A DNA stretch of 64,000 bases. Origin: Candidatus Dormibacteria bacterium. GTDB lineage: Bacteria; Chloroflexota; Dormibacteria; Aeolococcales; Aeolococcaceae. Positions 18,308-29,269 of the stretch are shown here, in pieces (positions within the stretch are counted from its first letter, which is position 1; every line of letters begins with the position of its first letter). The notes under the pieces were generated by a model that worked only from the letters and a program-made list of their open reading frames with translations, did not search any database and was not told where the DNA came from. Where the stretch lies: NCBI GenBank assembly GCA_051002895.1, contig JBPCLW010000042.1:54293-118292 (forward strand), given 5' to 3'. The translations under genes and the position numbers were made by a program.

Positions 18308-20443
18308 CTACCCCGTGTCCCGCGCAACCGTGTGCACATCGCGAACCGCCTCGAGGCGCTCCATGAGACGGCTGAGCTGGGTCAGGTTCTGGATCTCGAC
18401 AATGGTGGAGATGACTGCCGTCTTGTCGTCGTACACCTGGACGTCAGCACCCGACAGGTTGATCTTGGACTCGGCGATCACCGCGGCGATGTCGCGGAGG
18501 AGGCCGGTGCGATCCCATGCCTCGATCTTGATGTTGATGGGGTACACCTGCCGGCCATCCCGCTCCCAGTCCACCTCCACGATCCGATCAGCGTCGGGCG
18601 CAAGGCGCACGTTCGAGCAGGCGGCGCGGTGGACAGTGACGCCCTTGCCGCGGGTCACGTAGCCGCGAATCGGCTCACCCGGAACCGGCTTGCAGCACTG
18701 TGCCATCGTCGTCACCATGCCGCCAATGCCGTGGACCTGGACCTGACCGCTGGGCCGCGGGGTACTCGTCAACGGGATGGAGAGGCCGTGGTCGTCCGTC
18801 GTCGGTGCCTCGCGATCGCTGAACCGCAGCACAACCCCGCGTGGGGAGAGTTCTCCGTATCCAAGCGCGGCCAGGAAATCGTCGATGGTATTCATCTTGA
18901 AATCCTTGGCCAGTTCGAGGAGGCGATCGTCCTTGATGCTGCTCAGAGATGTCTGGCGAAGGCGTCGGAACTCCTTGTCGAGGAGTTCCCGTCCCTTCTG
19001 GACGTTCTCCTCGCGACGCTCCTTCTTGAACCAGCTCCGGATCTTTTCCCGGGCCGAACTGGTCTTGACGAAGGTCAGCCAGTCTCGCGACGGTCCATGA
19101 TGCGCCTTGGTCGTCAGCACCTCCACGATGTCGCCGTTCTGGAGACGGTAATCGAGGGGCACCATCCGACTGTTGACCTTGGCGCCGATACAGTGATGGC
19201 CCACATCGGTGTGGACGCGATAGGCGAAGTCGACCGGCGTGCTCCCGGTGGGGAGTGAGCGCACATCGCCGCGCGGGGTGAAGACAAAGACTTCGTCCTG
19301 GAAGATGTCGACCTTCACCGTGTCGACGAACTCCTCGGCAGTCATCACTTCCTTCTGCCAGTCCATGAGCAGGCGTAACCATCCGTAGCGCTCGTCGAAG
19401 CGCGTCTGCCCGGCTCCGCCCGCCTTGTAATGCCAGTGAGCGGCGACGCCGTACTCCGACGTGTGGTGCATGTCGTGGGTGCGAATCTGCACCTCCATGG
19501 GCTCGCCCGTGTGCGATACCACCGTGGTGTGCAGGGACTGGTAGCCATTGCCCTTGGGCATGGCAACGTAATCCTTGAACCGGCCCGGGATCGGTTTCCA
19601 GAGCGAGTGAACGACGCCAAGTGCGCCGTAGCAGTCCTTGACGGTGTCGACAAGGATGCGGATGGCGACCAGGTCGTAGATCTCGTCGAACTCCTTCTGC
19701 TGACGATGCATCTTCTCGTAGATGGAGTAGACGTTCTTCGGCCGGCCACTGATTTCCGCGTGTACCTCGAGCGGTTCGAACTCGCGCTCGAGTATCTCCG
19801 TGACGTCGCGGATGAAAGCTTCGCGCTCATTTCTTCGGCTCTGAAGCTTGGCCTCGACAGCTAGGTAGTTGTCGGGATCGAGTTGAGCGAAGGCGAGGTC
19901 CTCGAGCTCGGCCTTGATCTGCCAGATGCCGAGCCGGTGAGCGAGCGGCGCGTAAATGTCAAGCGTCTCGCGACTGATTCGCTCCCGCCGCTCCGGCTTG
20001 TGCGCTGCCACTGTGCGCATGTTGTGGAGCCGGTCCGCGAGCTTGATGAGGACAACGCGGATGTCCTCCGCCATGGCGACCAGCATCTTGCGGATGTTCT
20101 CGGCCTGCGCCTGCTCCCGCGTATGGAGGTGGATCTTGCCGAGCTTGGTGACTCCCTCGACGAGCCGGGCCACGTGCTCGTTGAACTCGTGACGGAGGTC
20201 CTCGAGGGTGACGTCCGTGTCCTCGACCGTGTCGTGGAGCAGAGCGGCGACCAATGTGTCGGGGTCGAGCCGCAGTTCCGCGAGCAACCCAGCCACGGCA
20301 AGGGGGTGCTCGACGTAGGGTTCGCCAGAGAGCCTGAACTGACCCGAGTGTGCTCGGTTCGCAAGCTCGTACGCACGCCGCAGGGCGTCCCGATCGGTAT
20401 CCGAGAGATAGGCGGTCTTCGCCGCCAATTCAGCGTACGGCAT
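18308..20443 (-). CDS. relA: Bifunctional (p)ppGpp synthetase/hydrolase RelA/SpoT homolog
   Basis: 711 aa with an HD domain (HPLAVA...LLHDTVEDT), a synthetase domain (YQSLHTTV), and TGS and ACT C-terminal domains. Confidence 0.95.
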   Translation of the reverse strand: MPYAELAAKTAYLSDTDRDALRRAYELANRAHSGQFRLSGEPYVEHPLAVAGLLAELRLDPDTLVAALLHDTVEDTDVTLEDLRHEFNEHVARLVEGVTKLGKIHLHTREQAQAENIRKMLVAMAEDIRVVLIKLADRLHNMRTVAAHKPERRERISRETLDIYAPLAHRLGIWQIKAELEDLAFAQLDPDNYLAVEAKLQSRRNEREAFIRDVTEILEREFEPLEVHAEISGRPKNVYSIYEKMHRQQKEFDEIYDLVAIRILVDTVKDCYGALGVVHSLWKPIPGRFKDYVAMPKGNGYQSLHTTVVSHTGEPMEVQIRTHDMHHTSEYGVAAHWHYKAGGAGQTRFDERYGWLRLLMDWQKEVMTAEEFVDTVKVDIFQDEVFVFTPRGDVRSLPTGSTPVDFAYRVHTDVGHHCIGAKVNSRMVPLDYRLQNGDIVEVLTTKAHHGPSRDWLTFVKTSSAREKIRSWFKKERREENVQKGRELLDKEFRRLRQTSLSSIKDDRLLELAKDFKMNTIDDFLAALGYGELSPRGVVLRFSDREAPTTDDHGLSIPLTSTPRPSGQVQVHGIGGMVTTMAQCCKPVPGEPIRGYVTRGKGVTVHRAACSNVRLAPDADRIVEVDWERDGRQVYPINIKIEAWDRTGLLRDIAAVIAESKINLSGADVQVYDDKTAVISTIVEIQNLTQLSRLMERLEAVRDVHTVARDTG

Positions 20444-20488
20444 CGTCAGATCAGTCTACCCAGGAACCCGGTGATATTCGGCCAGGGC

Positions 20489-21946
20489 TCAGTAGGCGCG
20501 CGCCAGCACCGCAACATGACGTGACTCCTCGCCACAGGCGATGCATACCCCCACCTCCCCATCGCGATCACCACGGAGGTTGCGGATCGTCAGCGCGTGG
20601 ACCGCGGCGATGACCCTGGTCTCGCAGGCGGGAGCGTTGCAGAACGGGGCGTTGGCGAAGACGGGGCGCTCTTCGAACGCCGCGGTGAGCTCGTCGAGAG
20701 TGCGCACCTCGACCGAGCGTTGGGCGAGCGCGCTCTTGGCCCGCGCCAACATCCGTGACTGGGCATCCTCCAGAAGCTGCGGCAGTTGACCTGCGAGAGC
20801 ATCCAGGGGGAGGGTCCATGACTCGCCGTCAACCCGCCGGGTGACGGTGATCTCCCCCTGAGCAAGGTCCTTGGGTCCGACGGTCACGCGCAGCGGCACC
20901 CCACGAAGCTCCCAATGGGCGTACTTCTCGCCGGGTCGGATCCCCTCGCGACGATCCACCTTGAGCCGCACGCCGGTGGCGCCCGCCTCAATCCGGGAGA
21001 CCGCGTCGTCGACGAGGCGGCTGCCCTCGGTGTCATTGCTCCGGGTAATGGGAACAACGATGACCTGAACCGGTGCCACGCGTGGAGGTAGCACCAGGCC
21101 AGCGTCATCACCATGGGCCATGATGACGCCACCGATGATGCGCGTCGAGAGACCCCACGACGTCTGATACGGATTCTGTTGGGTGTTCTGCCGATCCGTG
21201 TACGAGATCCCGTACGCCCTGGTGAAGTTCTGACCGAGATGGTGGGATGTCGCCCCCTGGAGCGCCCACCCGTCCGACATCATCGCCTCGATGGAGAGCG
21301 TGTACTTGGATCCGGCGAACTTCTCAGACTCGGTCTTGCGCCCGCGGATCACCGGAATGGCCAGCCATTCCTCGGCGAGCTCCCGGTAACACTCGAGCAT
21401 GGTGTCGACTTCCGATGCCGCCTCGTCGATGGTCTCATGGAAGGTGTGACCCTCCTGCCAGAGAAACTCAGTGGTGCGCAGGAAGAGACGGGTCCGCTTC
21501 TCCCAGCGCATAACGTTGGCCCACTGGTTGATGCGCACCGGCAGATCGCGATAGCTCTGGATCCACTTCGCGTACATCGAGCAGATGATGGTTTCGCTCG
21601 TGGGCCGGATCGCCAAGCGCTCCTCGAGCTTCTTCTCTCCGCCATGGGTCACCCAGGCCACCTGCGGCGCGAACCCCTCGACATGGTCGGCCTCGCGCTG
21701 GAGAAAGCTCTCGGGGATGAGCAGTGGGAAGTACATGTTCTCGTGACCGGTCCGCTTGATCATCGCGTCAAGGGCGTCGCGCACGTTCTCCCAAAGCGCG
21801 TATCCGTAGGGCCGGATGACCATGCAGCCTTTCACCGGCGCGTAGTCCGCGAGCTCCGCGCGGCGGATGACATCGGTGTACCAACGGTCGAAGTCCTCGG
21901 ACTGCAGGGCGATGTGCTGCAACTTTGCTGTGGTCATTTCAGCCAT
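20489..21946 (-). CDS. proS: Prolyl-tRNA synthetase (archaeal/eukaryote-like form with C-terminal Zn-binding domain)
   Basis: MAEMTTAKLQH...FDRWYTDVIRRAELADY...IRPTSETI..., C-terminal ...CIACGEES...ARAY. Start verified as ATG 21946..21944; the longer ORF would run towards ispG. Confidence 0.92.
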   Translation of the reverse strand: MAEMTTAKLQHIALQSEDFDRWYTDVIRRAELADYAPVKGCMVIRPYGYALWENVRDALDAMIKRTGHENMYFPLLIPESFLQREADHVEGFAPQVAWVTHGGEKKLEERLAIRPTSETIICSMYAKWIQSYRDLPVRINQWANVMRWEKRTRLFLRTTEFLWQEGHTFHETIDEAASEVDTMLECYRELAEEWLAIPVIRGRKTESEKFAGSKYTLSIEAMMSDGWALQGATSHHLGQNFTRAYGISYTDRQNTQQNPYQTSWGLSTRIIGGVIMAHGDDAGLVLPPRVAPVQVIVVPITRSNDTEGSRLVDDAVSRIEAGATGVRLKVDRREGIRPGEKYAHWELRGVPLRVTVGPKDLAQGEITVTRRVDGESWTLPLDALAGQLPQLLEDAQSRMLARAKSALAQRSVEVRTLDELTAAFEERPVFANAPFCNAPACETRVIAAVHALTIRNLRGDRDGEVGVCIACGEESRHVAVLARAY

Positions 21947-21989
21947 GAACCGCCGAGTATATCTGCCTGCATCTCCAATCCAGCCCCGA

Positions 21990-23165
21990 TCAGACGAGGG
22001 GCAGCGGCGTAACGGGCCGTTTGTCGCCTCTCTCGCCGACACCCTCGGGCAGCGGCTGGCCCGCGGCAATCAGGCGCTCGTCCTCAGCGGCAATGGCTCG
22101 CAATTCCTCCACGAGTGCGCTGATGAGTTGCTCCTGCGGCATGGAAGCGATGACCTTGCCACCCTTGTAGAGGATCCCCTTCTGACGACCACCGGCGATA
22201 CCGATGTCAGCGTGCATTCCCTCGCCGGGCCCGTTGACGACGCAGCCCATGACCGACACGTTGATGGTCCGCTTCACACCCTGAAGCGCCTCCTCAACGC
22301 GCTCAACCATAGGGAACATGTCGATCTCCAGGCGTCCGCACGTTGGGCAGGCGATGAGATTGGGGCCACTCCCCTTCTCGTCGAGATTGGCGAGAATCTG
22401 CCGGGCCACCCTCACCTCTTCCTCGGGCTCGCCGACGAGAGAGACGCGGATGGTGTCACCGATGCCCTCGTTGAGGAGGATGCCGATGCCCATGGCGCTC
22501 TTGATGCTCCCTTGCGTCACCGGGCCGGCCTCGGTGAGGCCCAAGTGAAGCGGGTAGCGATTCCCCAACGCTGCGAACTTGCGGTTGACAGCGATGTTGG
22601 TCAGCACGTCGCTCGCTTTCAGCGACACCTTGATCTGGGTGAAGTTGAGCTCTTCGAGAATGCGAATGTGACCCAGCGCCGCCTCGACCATATTCCCGGC
22701 GACATCGTTGATGCTGCCCCCCCGCCCGCGCTCCAATCCCTTGCGATTGGGGATGCTTCCCGCATTGACGCCGATGCGGATCGGCACGCCTCGGGACTTG
22801 GCCTCCGATGCGATGTCACGCACCTTCACCTGGTCGGTGATGTTGCCCGGATTGAGGCGCAGGCAGGCGACGCCTGCGTCCAGGGCCATGAGCGCGAGCG
22901 GGGCGTCATAGTGGATATCGGCGACAATTGGCAGCGCCGAGCCGCGAACGATGTCGCGCAGGGCGAGCCCCGCCTCGCGAGTATCGCAGGTGACGCGAAT
23001 GATGTCGGCACCCGCCTGTGCCGCCCGATCAATCTGCGCAAGGGTGTCGGATACATTCTCGGTCTGTGTCTTCGTCATCGTCTGGACGGAGACCTGAGCC
23101 GCCCCACCGATGACGACGTCACCGACGCGGACGGGGACGGTGCGTCGGCGATTGGCTGGGATCAT
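21990..23165 (-). CDS. ispG: 4-hydroxy-3-methylbut-2-enyl diphosphate synthase
   Basis: RRRTVPVRVGDVVIGGAAQVSVQTMT..., CPTCGR, MGCVVNGPGE motifs. Confidence 0.95.
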   Translation of the reverse strand: MIPANRRRTVPVRVGDVVIGGAAQVSVQTMTKTQTENVSDTLAQIDRAAQAGADIIRVTCDTREAGLALRDIVRGSALPIVADIHYDAPLALMALDAGVACLRLNPGNITDQVKVRDIASEAKSRGVPIRIGVNAGSIPNRKGLERGRGGSINDVAGNMVEAALGHIRILEELNFTQIKVSLKASDVLTNIAVNRKFAALGNRYPLHLGLTEAGPVTQGSIKSAMGIGILLNEGIGDTIRVSLVGEPEEEVRVARQILANLDEKGSGPNLIACPTCGRLEIDMFPMVERVEEALQGVKRTINVSVMGCVVNGPGEGMHADIGIAGGRQKGILYKGGKVIASMPQEQLISALVEELRAIAAEDERLIAAGQPLPEGVGERGDKRPVTPLPLV

Positions 23166-24424
23166 CTCGCGCCCGCGGAGAGGTTGTTGATGTCGCTGAG
23201 GGTAATGGCCACGAAAATTAGGATAAGCACCGCCAGCCCCACCGCGTAGGTTGCGGCTTCGTGTTTGGGGTCGAGGCGGCGACCCCGGATCCCCTCGATG
23301 ACGAGGAAGAGGAAGCGCCCTCCGTCCAGGAAGGGGATTGGTAGGACATTGACGAAGCCCAGACTGAGACTGATCAACCCGATGAGGTTGATGAAGGGGA
23401 TTGCGCCGGCTCGAAAGGAGTCGTCGGCAGCTGAGGCGATTCCCACCGGGCCACTGAACTGCTGGGCACAGCTGGGATGGACGACCACCTCGGCCAGCCC
23501 CCGGGCAGTGTCGCCAATGAAACCGGCAACGTGACTGATGCCGGCCCCAATGGCGGATAGCGGCGACTTGCTGGGAATACCCGGCGAATATCCGATGCGC
23601 CAGGCCCCATGCAGGCCATCACCGTCAGTCCCCCCGTCGCTCACGTTGTCGAGACGCAACCCGTCCAGCGGTTGGTGGCCGCGAGCTGCCGAGTAGCTGC
23701 TCTCGATGACTCCGCCGATCGTGTGCCCAGTGAGGAGCCTTGCCGGATCACCGTTTCCCACGGAATGGCCATCGATCTGGGTGACACCCACCGACTCTCG
23801 TTGACAGCCGCTTCCCGTGTACACGACGAGGTGGGGAGTGATCGTTCCCCGCGCGCTGCTGCCGTCCGAGTGCTGAAGGACAACCGGTACGGGCAGACCG
23901 TTGGAACTGAGCGTTGCGCTGTAGAGGGAACTCGCAGCCGCGTCCGTCGATGTGGAATCGATTGTCATGCCGTTGACAGAGATGATGGTGTCACCACTGC
24001 GCACGCCAGCACGATCTGCGGGCCCGGCAGCTGTCACACCCGACGGTATCGATTGCGTGGCGACGATGGCCAGACAGATTGCGCCGAGGATGAAGTTGGA
24101 GATGATCCCGGCAAGGACAGTGAGCATCTTCTTCCACAGCGATGCTCGGTAGAAGTTGCGCGCGCCAGCGTCCTCCTCCCCCTCGATGCCCAGCATTCCC
24201 GCCATACGCACGAACCCGCCAAGCGGCAGCACCCGCACCGCGTACACCGTCTCGCCGCGTCGGAACCTCAGCAGCCGGGGGCCGAAGCCCACGGCAAACT
24301 CGTCCACTCGGATGCCCGAGAGCTTGGCGAGGACGTAGTGGCCACCCTCGTGGACGATGACGACAATTGTGATGAGCACTACGAATGCAAGGACGAAGGT
24401 GAGAACGCCGCCGACGGTCGCCAT
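23162..24424 (-). CDS. rseP: RIP metalloprotease RseP (M50 site-2 protease)
   Basis: HEGGHY zinc motif in the first TM helix, a PDZ region, and a C-terminal LNLLPIP-like NVLPIPFLDGG. ATG 24424 overlaps the dxr stop (TGATG). Confidence 0.85.
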   Translation of the reverse strand: MATVGGVLTFVLAFVVLITIVVIVHEGGHYVLAKLSGIRVDEFAVGFGPRLLRFRRGETVYAVRVLPLGGFVRMAGMLGIEGEEDAGARNFYRASLWKKMLTVLAGIISNFILGAICLAIVATQSIPSGVTAAGPADRAGVRSGDTIISVNGMTIDSTSTDAAASSLYSATLSSNGLPVPVVLQHSDGSSARGTITPHLVVYTGSGCQRESVGVTQIDGHSVGNGDPARLLTGHTIGGVIESSYSAARGHQPLDGLRLDNVSDGGTDGDGLHGAWRIGYSPGIPSKSPLSAIGAGISHVAGFIGDTARGLAEVVVHPSCAQQFSGPVGIASAADDSFRAGAIPFINLIGLISLSLGFVNVLPIPFLDGGRFLFLVIEGIRGRRLDPKHEAATYAVGLAVLILIFVAITLSDINNLSAGAR

Positions 24425-25581
24425 CAGTGATGCGTGCTCCGCACCGTGAGCAGTTCCGTCGCCCGAATGCGGGCCCAAGCGTCAGCAGCTACGACGTCCT
24501 CGAGACTGGGCTCGATCACGTGATCCGCGGTCACCACCGTCTCCTCGACGAGAGGGACGATGTCATTGAACCGACACGCCCCGCGGAGGAAGGCGTCGAC
24601 GAGCACCTCGTTTGCCGCGTTCAGCACCGCTGGTGCGACCCCGCCCTGTTCTCCCGCAGCTCGGGCCACCGCCACCGCGGGGAACCGCCCGGGGTCGGCG
24701 GGGAGCAGTTCCAGTGGGGACACGGCCAAGGGATCGACAGCCGCGGCGACATCGCTCAGACGAGCGCCGTCGTTGAGGGCCAGAGCGATGGGGACGCGCA
24801 TGTCGGCATGCCCGAGTTGCGCCATGGTGGCGCCGTCGCAGAACTCGACCATGGAATGAATAATCGAGGTTGGGTGGATGAGCACGTCGATTCGTGCGTA
24901 ATCGACCTCGAATAGGAAGTGGGCTTCGATGATTTCCAAGCCCTTATTCATCATCGTCGCGGAGTCGATGGTGATCTTCGGTCCCATCTTCCAGGTGGGA
25001 TGGCGCAGCGCTTCTGGGGCGGTGATGGAGCCGAAGGTCGCAGGATCCCGGTTCCGGAATGGGCCGCCGCTGGCAGTGAGGATGAGTCGCCGCACCGTAT
25101 CCGCCCGCTCCCCGCGCAGGCACTGCCAGAGCGCGGAGTGCTCGCTGTCGATAGCCAGAATGCGCGAGCCGGTCACCGCCGCCAGGCGGGTGACCAACTC
25201 TCCGGCCATGACCAGGACCTCCTTGGTCGCGGTCGCGACCGTCCGGCCCGCGCCGATGGCGGCCAGCGTGGGCCGCAGGGCGGCGGCTCCGGTGATGGCA
25301 ACGCAGACGACATCAGATGGCAGAGCTGCGATGTCACAGATGGCATCGAGGCCCACCCCGACAGACGAGGCGAGGCCCGTGGAGGCCCTGACCCCGGCTT
25401 CGAGCAGGGCGCCGCGTGGCACCGAAAATCGCTCCATGACCTCGGCGAGTCCGCGGGCGTTATTGGCGGCGGTGGCGCCGACGAGCTCGAAACGGTCGGG
25501 ATGCCGAGCGATGACGTCGCACGCTTGGGTACCGACCGAGCCGGTAGCCCCGAGAAGGACGACGCGACGCCGTCCGCTCAC
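24424..25581 (-). CDS. dxr: 1-deoxy-D-xylulose 5-phosphate reductoisomerase
   Basis: VVLLGATGSVGTQ..., LAIDSEHSA, NKGLEIIEA. Start set at GTG 25581..25579, overlapping the cdsA stop (GTGA). The upstream ORF extension is Arg-rich junk. Confidence 0.92.
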   Translation of the reverse strand: MSGRRRVVLLGATGSVGTQACDVIARHPDRFELVGATAANNARGLAEVMERFSVPRGALLEAGVRASTGLASSVGVGLDAICDIAALPSDVVCVAITGAAALRPTLAAIGAGRTVATATKEVLVMAGELVTRLAAVTGSRILAIDSEHSALWQCLRGERADTVRRLILTASGGPFRNRDPATFGSITAPEALRHPTWKMGPKITIDSATMMNKGLEIIEAHFLFEVDYARIDVLIHPTSIIHSMVEFCDGATMAQLGHADMRVPIALALNDGARLSDVAAAVDPLAVSPLELLPADPGRFPAVAVARAAGEQGGVAPAVLNAANEVLVDAFLRGACRFNDIVPLVEETVVTADHVIEPSLEDVVAADAWARIRATELLTVRSTHH

Positions 25582-26390
25582 GCCGGCGTGCCGATGAGAT
25601 GGAGGAAGCAGAGAACCGCCGGACCGACGAGCAGCAGACTGTCGAGACGATCGAGCACACCGCCGTGGCCGGGAATGAGGTTGCTCGAGTCCTTCACGTC
25701 CGCCTGCCGTTTCAGCGCTGACTCCGCCAGGTCGCCGCCCTGCGCGGAGATGCCGATCACGGCCCCCATCGCACCCGCCCAGTACCAATCCAGGCCGATC
25801 ACAGCTACCCCGATCGCCATGCTCACCGCGATGGCCCCGCAGAGACCGCCCACCGCACCCTCGACAGTCTTGCTCGGCGACACCCTGGAGAAGAAGGGGT
25901 GGCGCCCAAGGGCGAAACCGGTGAAATAGGCGAGGGTGTCACAGGCCACGACCGAGCCAATCACAGTAGCGATGAGCACGAGGTCGAAGCGGGCATCGCC
26001 GGCGCGGTAGTGGGCGATGCCCAGCAGGCTGCCGAGACCGACGCCCAGGTAGAGGCCGCCGGCGAGAGATGCCGCCCAGGAGGAGAACGGGGTCACGGTG
26101 ACGAGACCCACCAGGAGACCGACGCCGATCGCGCCCGACAGGATGTACTCCAGGCTCCCGGCGGCCCCAGGAAGAATGGCGCGTTGCGACGTCCACACCG
26201 CCACGGTGATGAGCAGCCAGAGCTGCGGCTCGAGGCCAACGAGGCGACGGAGTAGTCCACGGAGTTCGAATGCTCCCACCGCAGCCGCGAGAGCCACCAG
26301 CACATCGAGGGCGATGCCGCCGAGAACCAGGCCGCCGAGAACCACGAGGATGAGCACCACCGCCGAGATAACACGCGGCAACAGGTCCAT
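25578..26390 (-). CDS. cdsA: Phosphatidate cytidylyltransferase
   Basis: Polytopic membrane protein with the C-terminal signature SALKRQADVKDSSNLIPGHGGVLDRLDS. Start taken at MDLLPRVISAV.... Confidence 0.85.
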   Translation of the reverse strand: MDLLPRVISAVVLILVVLGGLVLGGIALDVLVALAAAVGAFELRGLLRRLVGLEPQLWLLITVAVWTSQRAILPGAAGSLEYILSGAIGVGLLVGLVTVTPFSSWAASLAGGLYLGVGLGSLLGIAHYRAGDARFDLVLIATVIGSVVACDTLAYFTGFALGRHPFFSRVSPSKTVEGAVGGLCGAIAVSMAIGVAVIGLDWYWAGAMGAVIGISAQGGDLAESALKRQADVKDSSNLIPGHGGVLDRLDSLLLVGPAVLCFLHLIGTPA

Positions 26391-26418
26391 ACGTCGAACC
26401 GATCGCCTGGCGGCCGGC

Positions 26419-27192
26419 TCAGCCAACCCGCGACTCGGTCGTGGCAGCCACAACAGGTGGCTCGGCGGCGCCGAAGCGACGCTGGCGCGAGGCAAATGAA
26501 CGAAGAGCAATGTCAATGTCCGCAGGCCCGAAGTCAGGCCAGAGAGCGTCGGTGACAAAAAGCTCAGCGTAGGCCATCTGCCAGAGCATGAAGTTGCTCA
26601 CCCTCAGTTCCCCGGCGGTGCGAATGACCAGGTCAGGGTCGGGCAGACCTGCCGTGTACAGGGCTCCGGAGAGCGTCATCTCATCGAGCTCGGTGAGGTC
26701 GGCACCGCCGCTGGCGAGGTCTCGCACCGCGGCGACGATCTCCGAACGCCCTCCGTAATTGATGGCGACATTGAGGATGGCCCTGATATTGCCTGACGTG
26801 TAGTCCTCGGCCGCCTCGACCTTCTCACACAGCCCGCTGCTCAGCCGGCTGCGATCACCGATGACACGGATCTGAACGCCGTTTTCGTGCAGCTCTCCCA
26901 CCTCGGAGTCGATGGTCTCCTCGAAGAGCCGCATCAGCGCGGTCACCTCTCGGCGCGGTCGCGACCAGTTTTCGGTGCTGAAGGCGTACAGCGTGAGGAT
27001 GTGAACGCCAGCGGCATTGCAGGCCTCCATCACCGGGCGGATCGCCCGCACTCCGGCGCGGTGGCCGAGGACCCGCGGCAGATGCTGACGCTTTGCCCAG
27101 CGACCGTTGCCGTCCATGATCACGCCGATATGCCGCGGCAGGTTGGCCTGGTCGGGCATGGGGATCGCGGCAGGGACGGGGGGACGCTGCAT
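26419..27192 (-). CDS. uppS: Isoprenyl transferase (undecaprenyl diphosphate synthase family)
   Basis: HIGVIMDGNGRWA, LTLYAFSTENW, RTAGELRVSNFMLWQ motifs. Confidence 0.93.
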   Translation of the reverse strand: MQRPPVPAAIPMPDQANLPRHIGVIMDGNGRWAKRQHLPRVLGHRAGVRAIRPVMEACNAAGVHILTLYAFSTENWSRPRREVTALMRLFEETIDSEVGELHENGVQIRVIGDRSRLSSGLCEKVEAAEDYTSGNIRAILNVAINYGGRSEIVAAVRDLASGGADLTELDEMTLSGALYTAGLPDPDLVIRTAGELRVSNFMLWQMAYAELFVTDALWPDFGPADIDIALRSFASRQRRFGAAEPPVVAATTESRVG

Positions 27193-27246
27193 CCTTCTGA
27201 CTGAGAACGGCGCTGGCCGCGGTGTCGTTTCGGCGACTCGCCGGGC

Positions 27247-27840
27247 TCAGACCTCGAGGATCTCAGCCTCCTTCTTCTTGGCGATGTCGTCGACTCGACC
27301 AGTGAACTGATCGGTGATCTTCTGGATCTCGCTCAGAGACCGCTCCAACTCGTCCCGACTAACATGGCCGTCCTTCTCCACCTTGCGCACGTGCTCGACT
27401 TCGTCGCGGCGGATGTTGCGCACCGCGATGCGCCCCTCCTCGGCTTTGGAGTTGACCACCTTCACGAAGTCCTTACGGCGGTCCTCGGTGAGAGGAGGAA
27501 TAGCGATTCGGATGATCTGGCCGTCGTTACTGGGATTGAGGCCAAGGTCCGCCCTCTGGATCGCCTTCTCGATGGGACTGATGGCCGTCTTGTCATACGG
27601 CTTGATGACGATCAGTCGAGGCTCGGGAGCGCTGATGTTGGCGATCGATTGCATGGGCTGCTCGATGCCGTACAGGTCCACCTGCAGGCGCTCGACGAGC
27701 GAAGGATTGGCGCGACCCGTGCGAATGCTGGTGAGCTCTTTGAGAAGAGCTTCGACGGACTTCTCCATGCGCACCTCTGCCTCGACGAGGCGCTCCTCGA
27801 TTTGCTCGAGCGCCTCCTCGCTCTTGCTGCGCTCGCTCAC
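27247..27840 (-). CDS. frr: Ribosome recycling factor
   Basis: [15 protein letters not shown]..., [13 protein letters not shown]... are typical RRF. GTG start overlaps the pyrH stop. Confidence 0.95.
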   Translation of the reverse strand: MSERSKSEEALEQIEERLVEAEVRMEKSVEALLKELTSIRTGRANPSLVERLQVDLYGIEQPMQSIANISAPEPRLIVIKPYDKTAISPIEKAIQRADLGLNPSNDGQIIRIAIPPLTEDRRKDFVKVVNSKAEEGRIAVRNIRRDEVEHVRKVEKDGHVSRDELERSLSEIQKITDQFTGRVDDIAKKKEAEILEV

Positions 27841-28619
27841 CGGCCACCCTCTCCGCTGTCGACCCGGGTGCCGATGTCGGCACCGAGAATGACGTTCTCG
27901 ATGTTCCCCTCAGAGTGGAGATCGAAGACGATGATCGGGGTCTTGTTCTCCATGCAGAGGGTCAGCGCCGTGCTGTCCATGACGGTGAGCCCGCGGTTCA
28001 GCACCTCGAGATAGGTGAGGTGATTGAGACGCGTAGCACTGCGATCCTTCAGAGGGTCGGCCGTGTAGATGCCGTCCACTTTCGTGGCCTTGAGGAGCAC
28101 GTCGGCACCGATCTCGGCGGCCCTGAGAGCTGCGGTTGTGTCCGTGGTGAAGAACGGACTGCCGTGACCGCCAGCCAGGATGACGACCCGGCCCTTCTCG
28201 AGATGGCGGATTGCTCGCCGGGGAATGAACGGTTCTGCGACCTGCTGCATGGTGATCGCGGTCTGCACCCGGCACTGCATGCCGGCACGCTCGACGGCAT
28301 CACGAAGTGCCAGCGCGTTGATGACGGTGCCCAACATCCCCATGTAGTCGCCGGTGGCTCGGTCGAGACCCTGAAGGCTTGCCTCCATGCCCCGGACGAT
28401 GTTGCCACCACCCACAACGATGGCGACCTGCACGCCTCGCTCGTGGACGCGACTGATCTCAGTAGCGATGCGACGAACCGTGCCATGGTCGATGCCGTAC
28501 ACAGCGTCACCGAGCAGCGCTTCACCAGAGAGCTTGAGGATGACGCGCGAGAACACCGGTGCGCTGCTGCCAATCGGCGTCGCCTCCGTCATTGAGACCG
28601 CCGCCGTTTCGGCATTCAT
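27837..28619 (-). CDS. pyrH: UMP kinase
   Basis: [11 protein letters not shown]..., [22 protein letters not shown]. Confidence 0.95.
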   Translation of the reverse strand: MNAETAAVSMTEATPIGSSAPVFSRVILKLSGEALLGDAVYGIDHGTVRRIATEISRVHERGVQVAIVVGGGNIVRGMEASLQGLDRATGDYMGMLGTVINALALRDAVERAGMQCRVQTAITMQQVAEPFIPRRAIRHLEKGRVVILAGGHGSPFFTTDTTAALRAAEIGADVLLKATKVDGIYTADPLKDRSATRLNHLTYLEVLNRGLTVMDSTALTLCMENKTPIIVFDLHSEGNIENVILGADIGTRVDSGEGGR

Positions 28620-29269
28620 CCCTCGGTCGTCTCGCTGCTGCTGATGCCGCTGCGAGATTCACCCACGTGGAAGCGCGCGAAGCGAGCCACCGAGATGTTC
28701 TCACCGAGCTTGGCGATTGCCTCCTGGACGAGATCGTTCACCTTCTTCTTGCCCCCTCCCTCGTTGCGGATCCAGGGCTGCTCCAGCAGGCAGACCTCGC
28801 TGTAGAAGGCGTCGATCTTGCCCGTGAGAATCTTTTCGATGATGTTGTCCGGCTTGCCCGCCATCTGGGCGCGGTAGACGTTCATCTCCCGCTCAACCAA
28901 CTCTGCGGGCACCTCGTCACGACCGACATATTGAGTGGTCGACATGCCGGCAACCTGCAGGGCCAGCTCCCTGGCCAGCTGCCGGAAATCATCTGTCTTG
29001 GCGACGAAGTCCGACTCACAGTTCACTTCGACCAGGACGCCGAGCTTGGCGAGGCCACCGGAGGCGTGCACGTATGCCTCGACGGTGCCCTCGTTGGTGG
29101 AGCGCCCTGACTTGCCGGCGGCCTTGACCAGGCCTTTCTCGCGCAGCCAGTCCTTGGCGCGTTCGACGTCGCCCTCAGTGGCCTCGAGCGCGCGCTTGCA
29201 GTCCATCATCCCCGCACTGGTCATCTCGCGGAGCTCCTTGACCTGCGACGCTGTGACTGAGGGCACCAC
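28616..29269 (-). CDS. tsf: Translation elongation factor Ts
   Basis: [37 protein letters not shown].... Confidence 0.93.
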   Translation of the reverse strand: MVPSVTASQVKELREMTSAGMMDCKRALEATEGDVERAKDWLREKGLVKAAGKSGRSTNEGTVEAYVHASGGLAKLGVLVEVNCESDFVAKTDDFRQLARELALQVAGMSTTQYVGRDEVPAELVEREMNVYRAQMAGKPDNIIEKILTGKIDAFYSEVCLLEQPWIRNEGGGKKKVNDLVQEAIAKLGENISVARFARFHVGESRSGISSSETTEG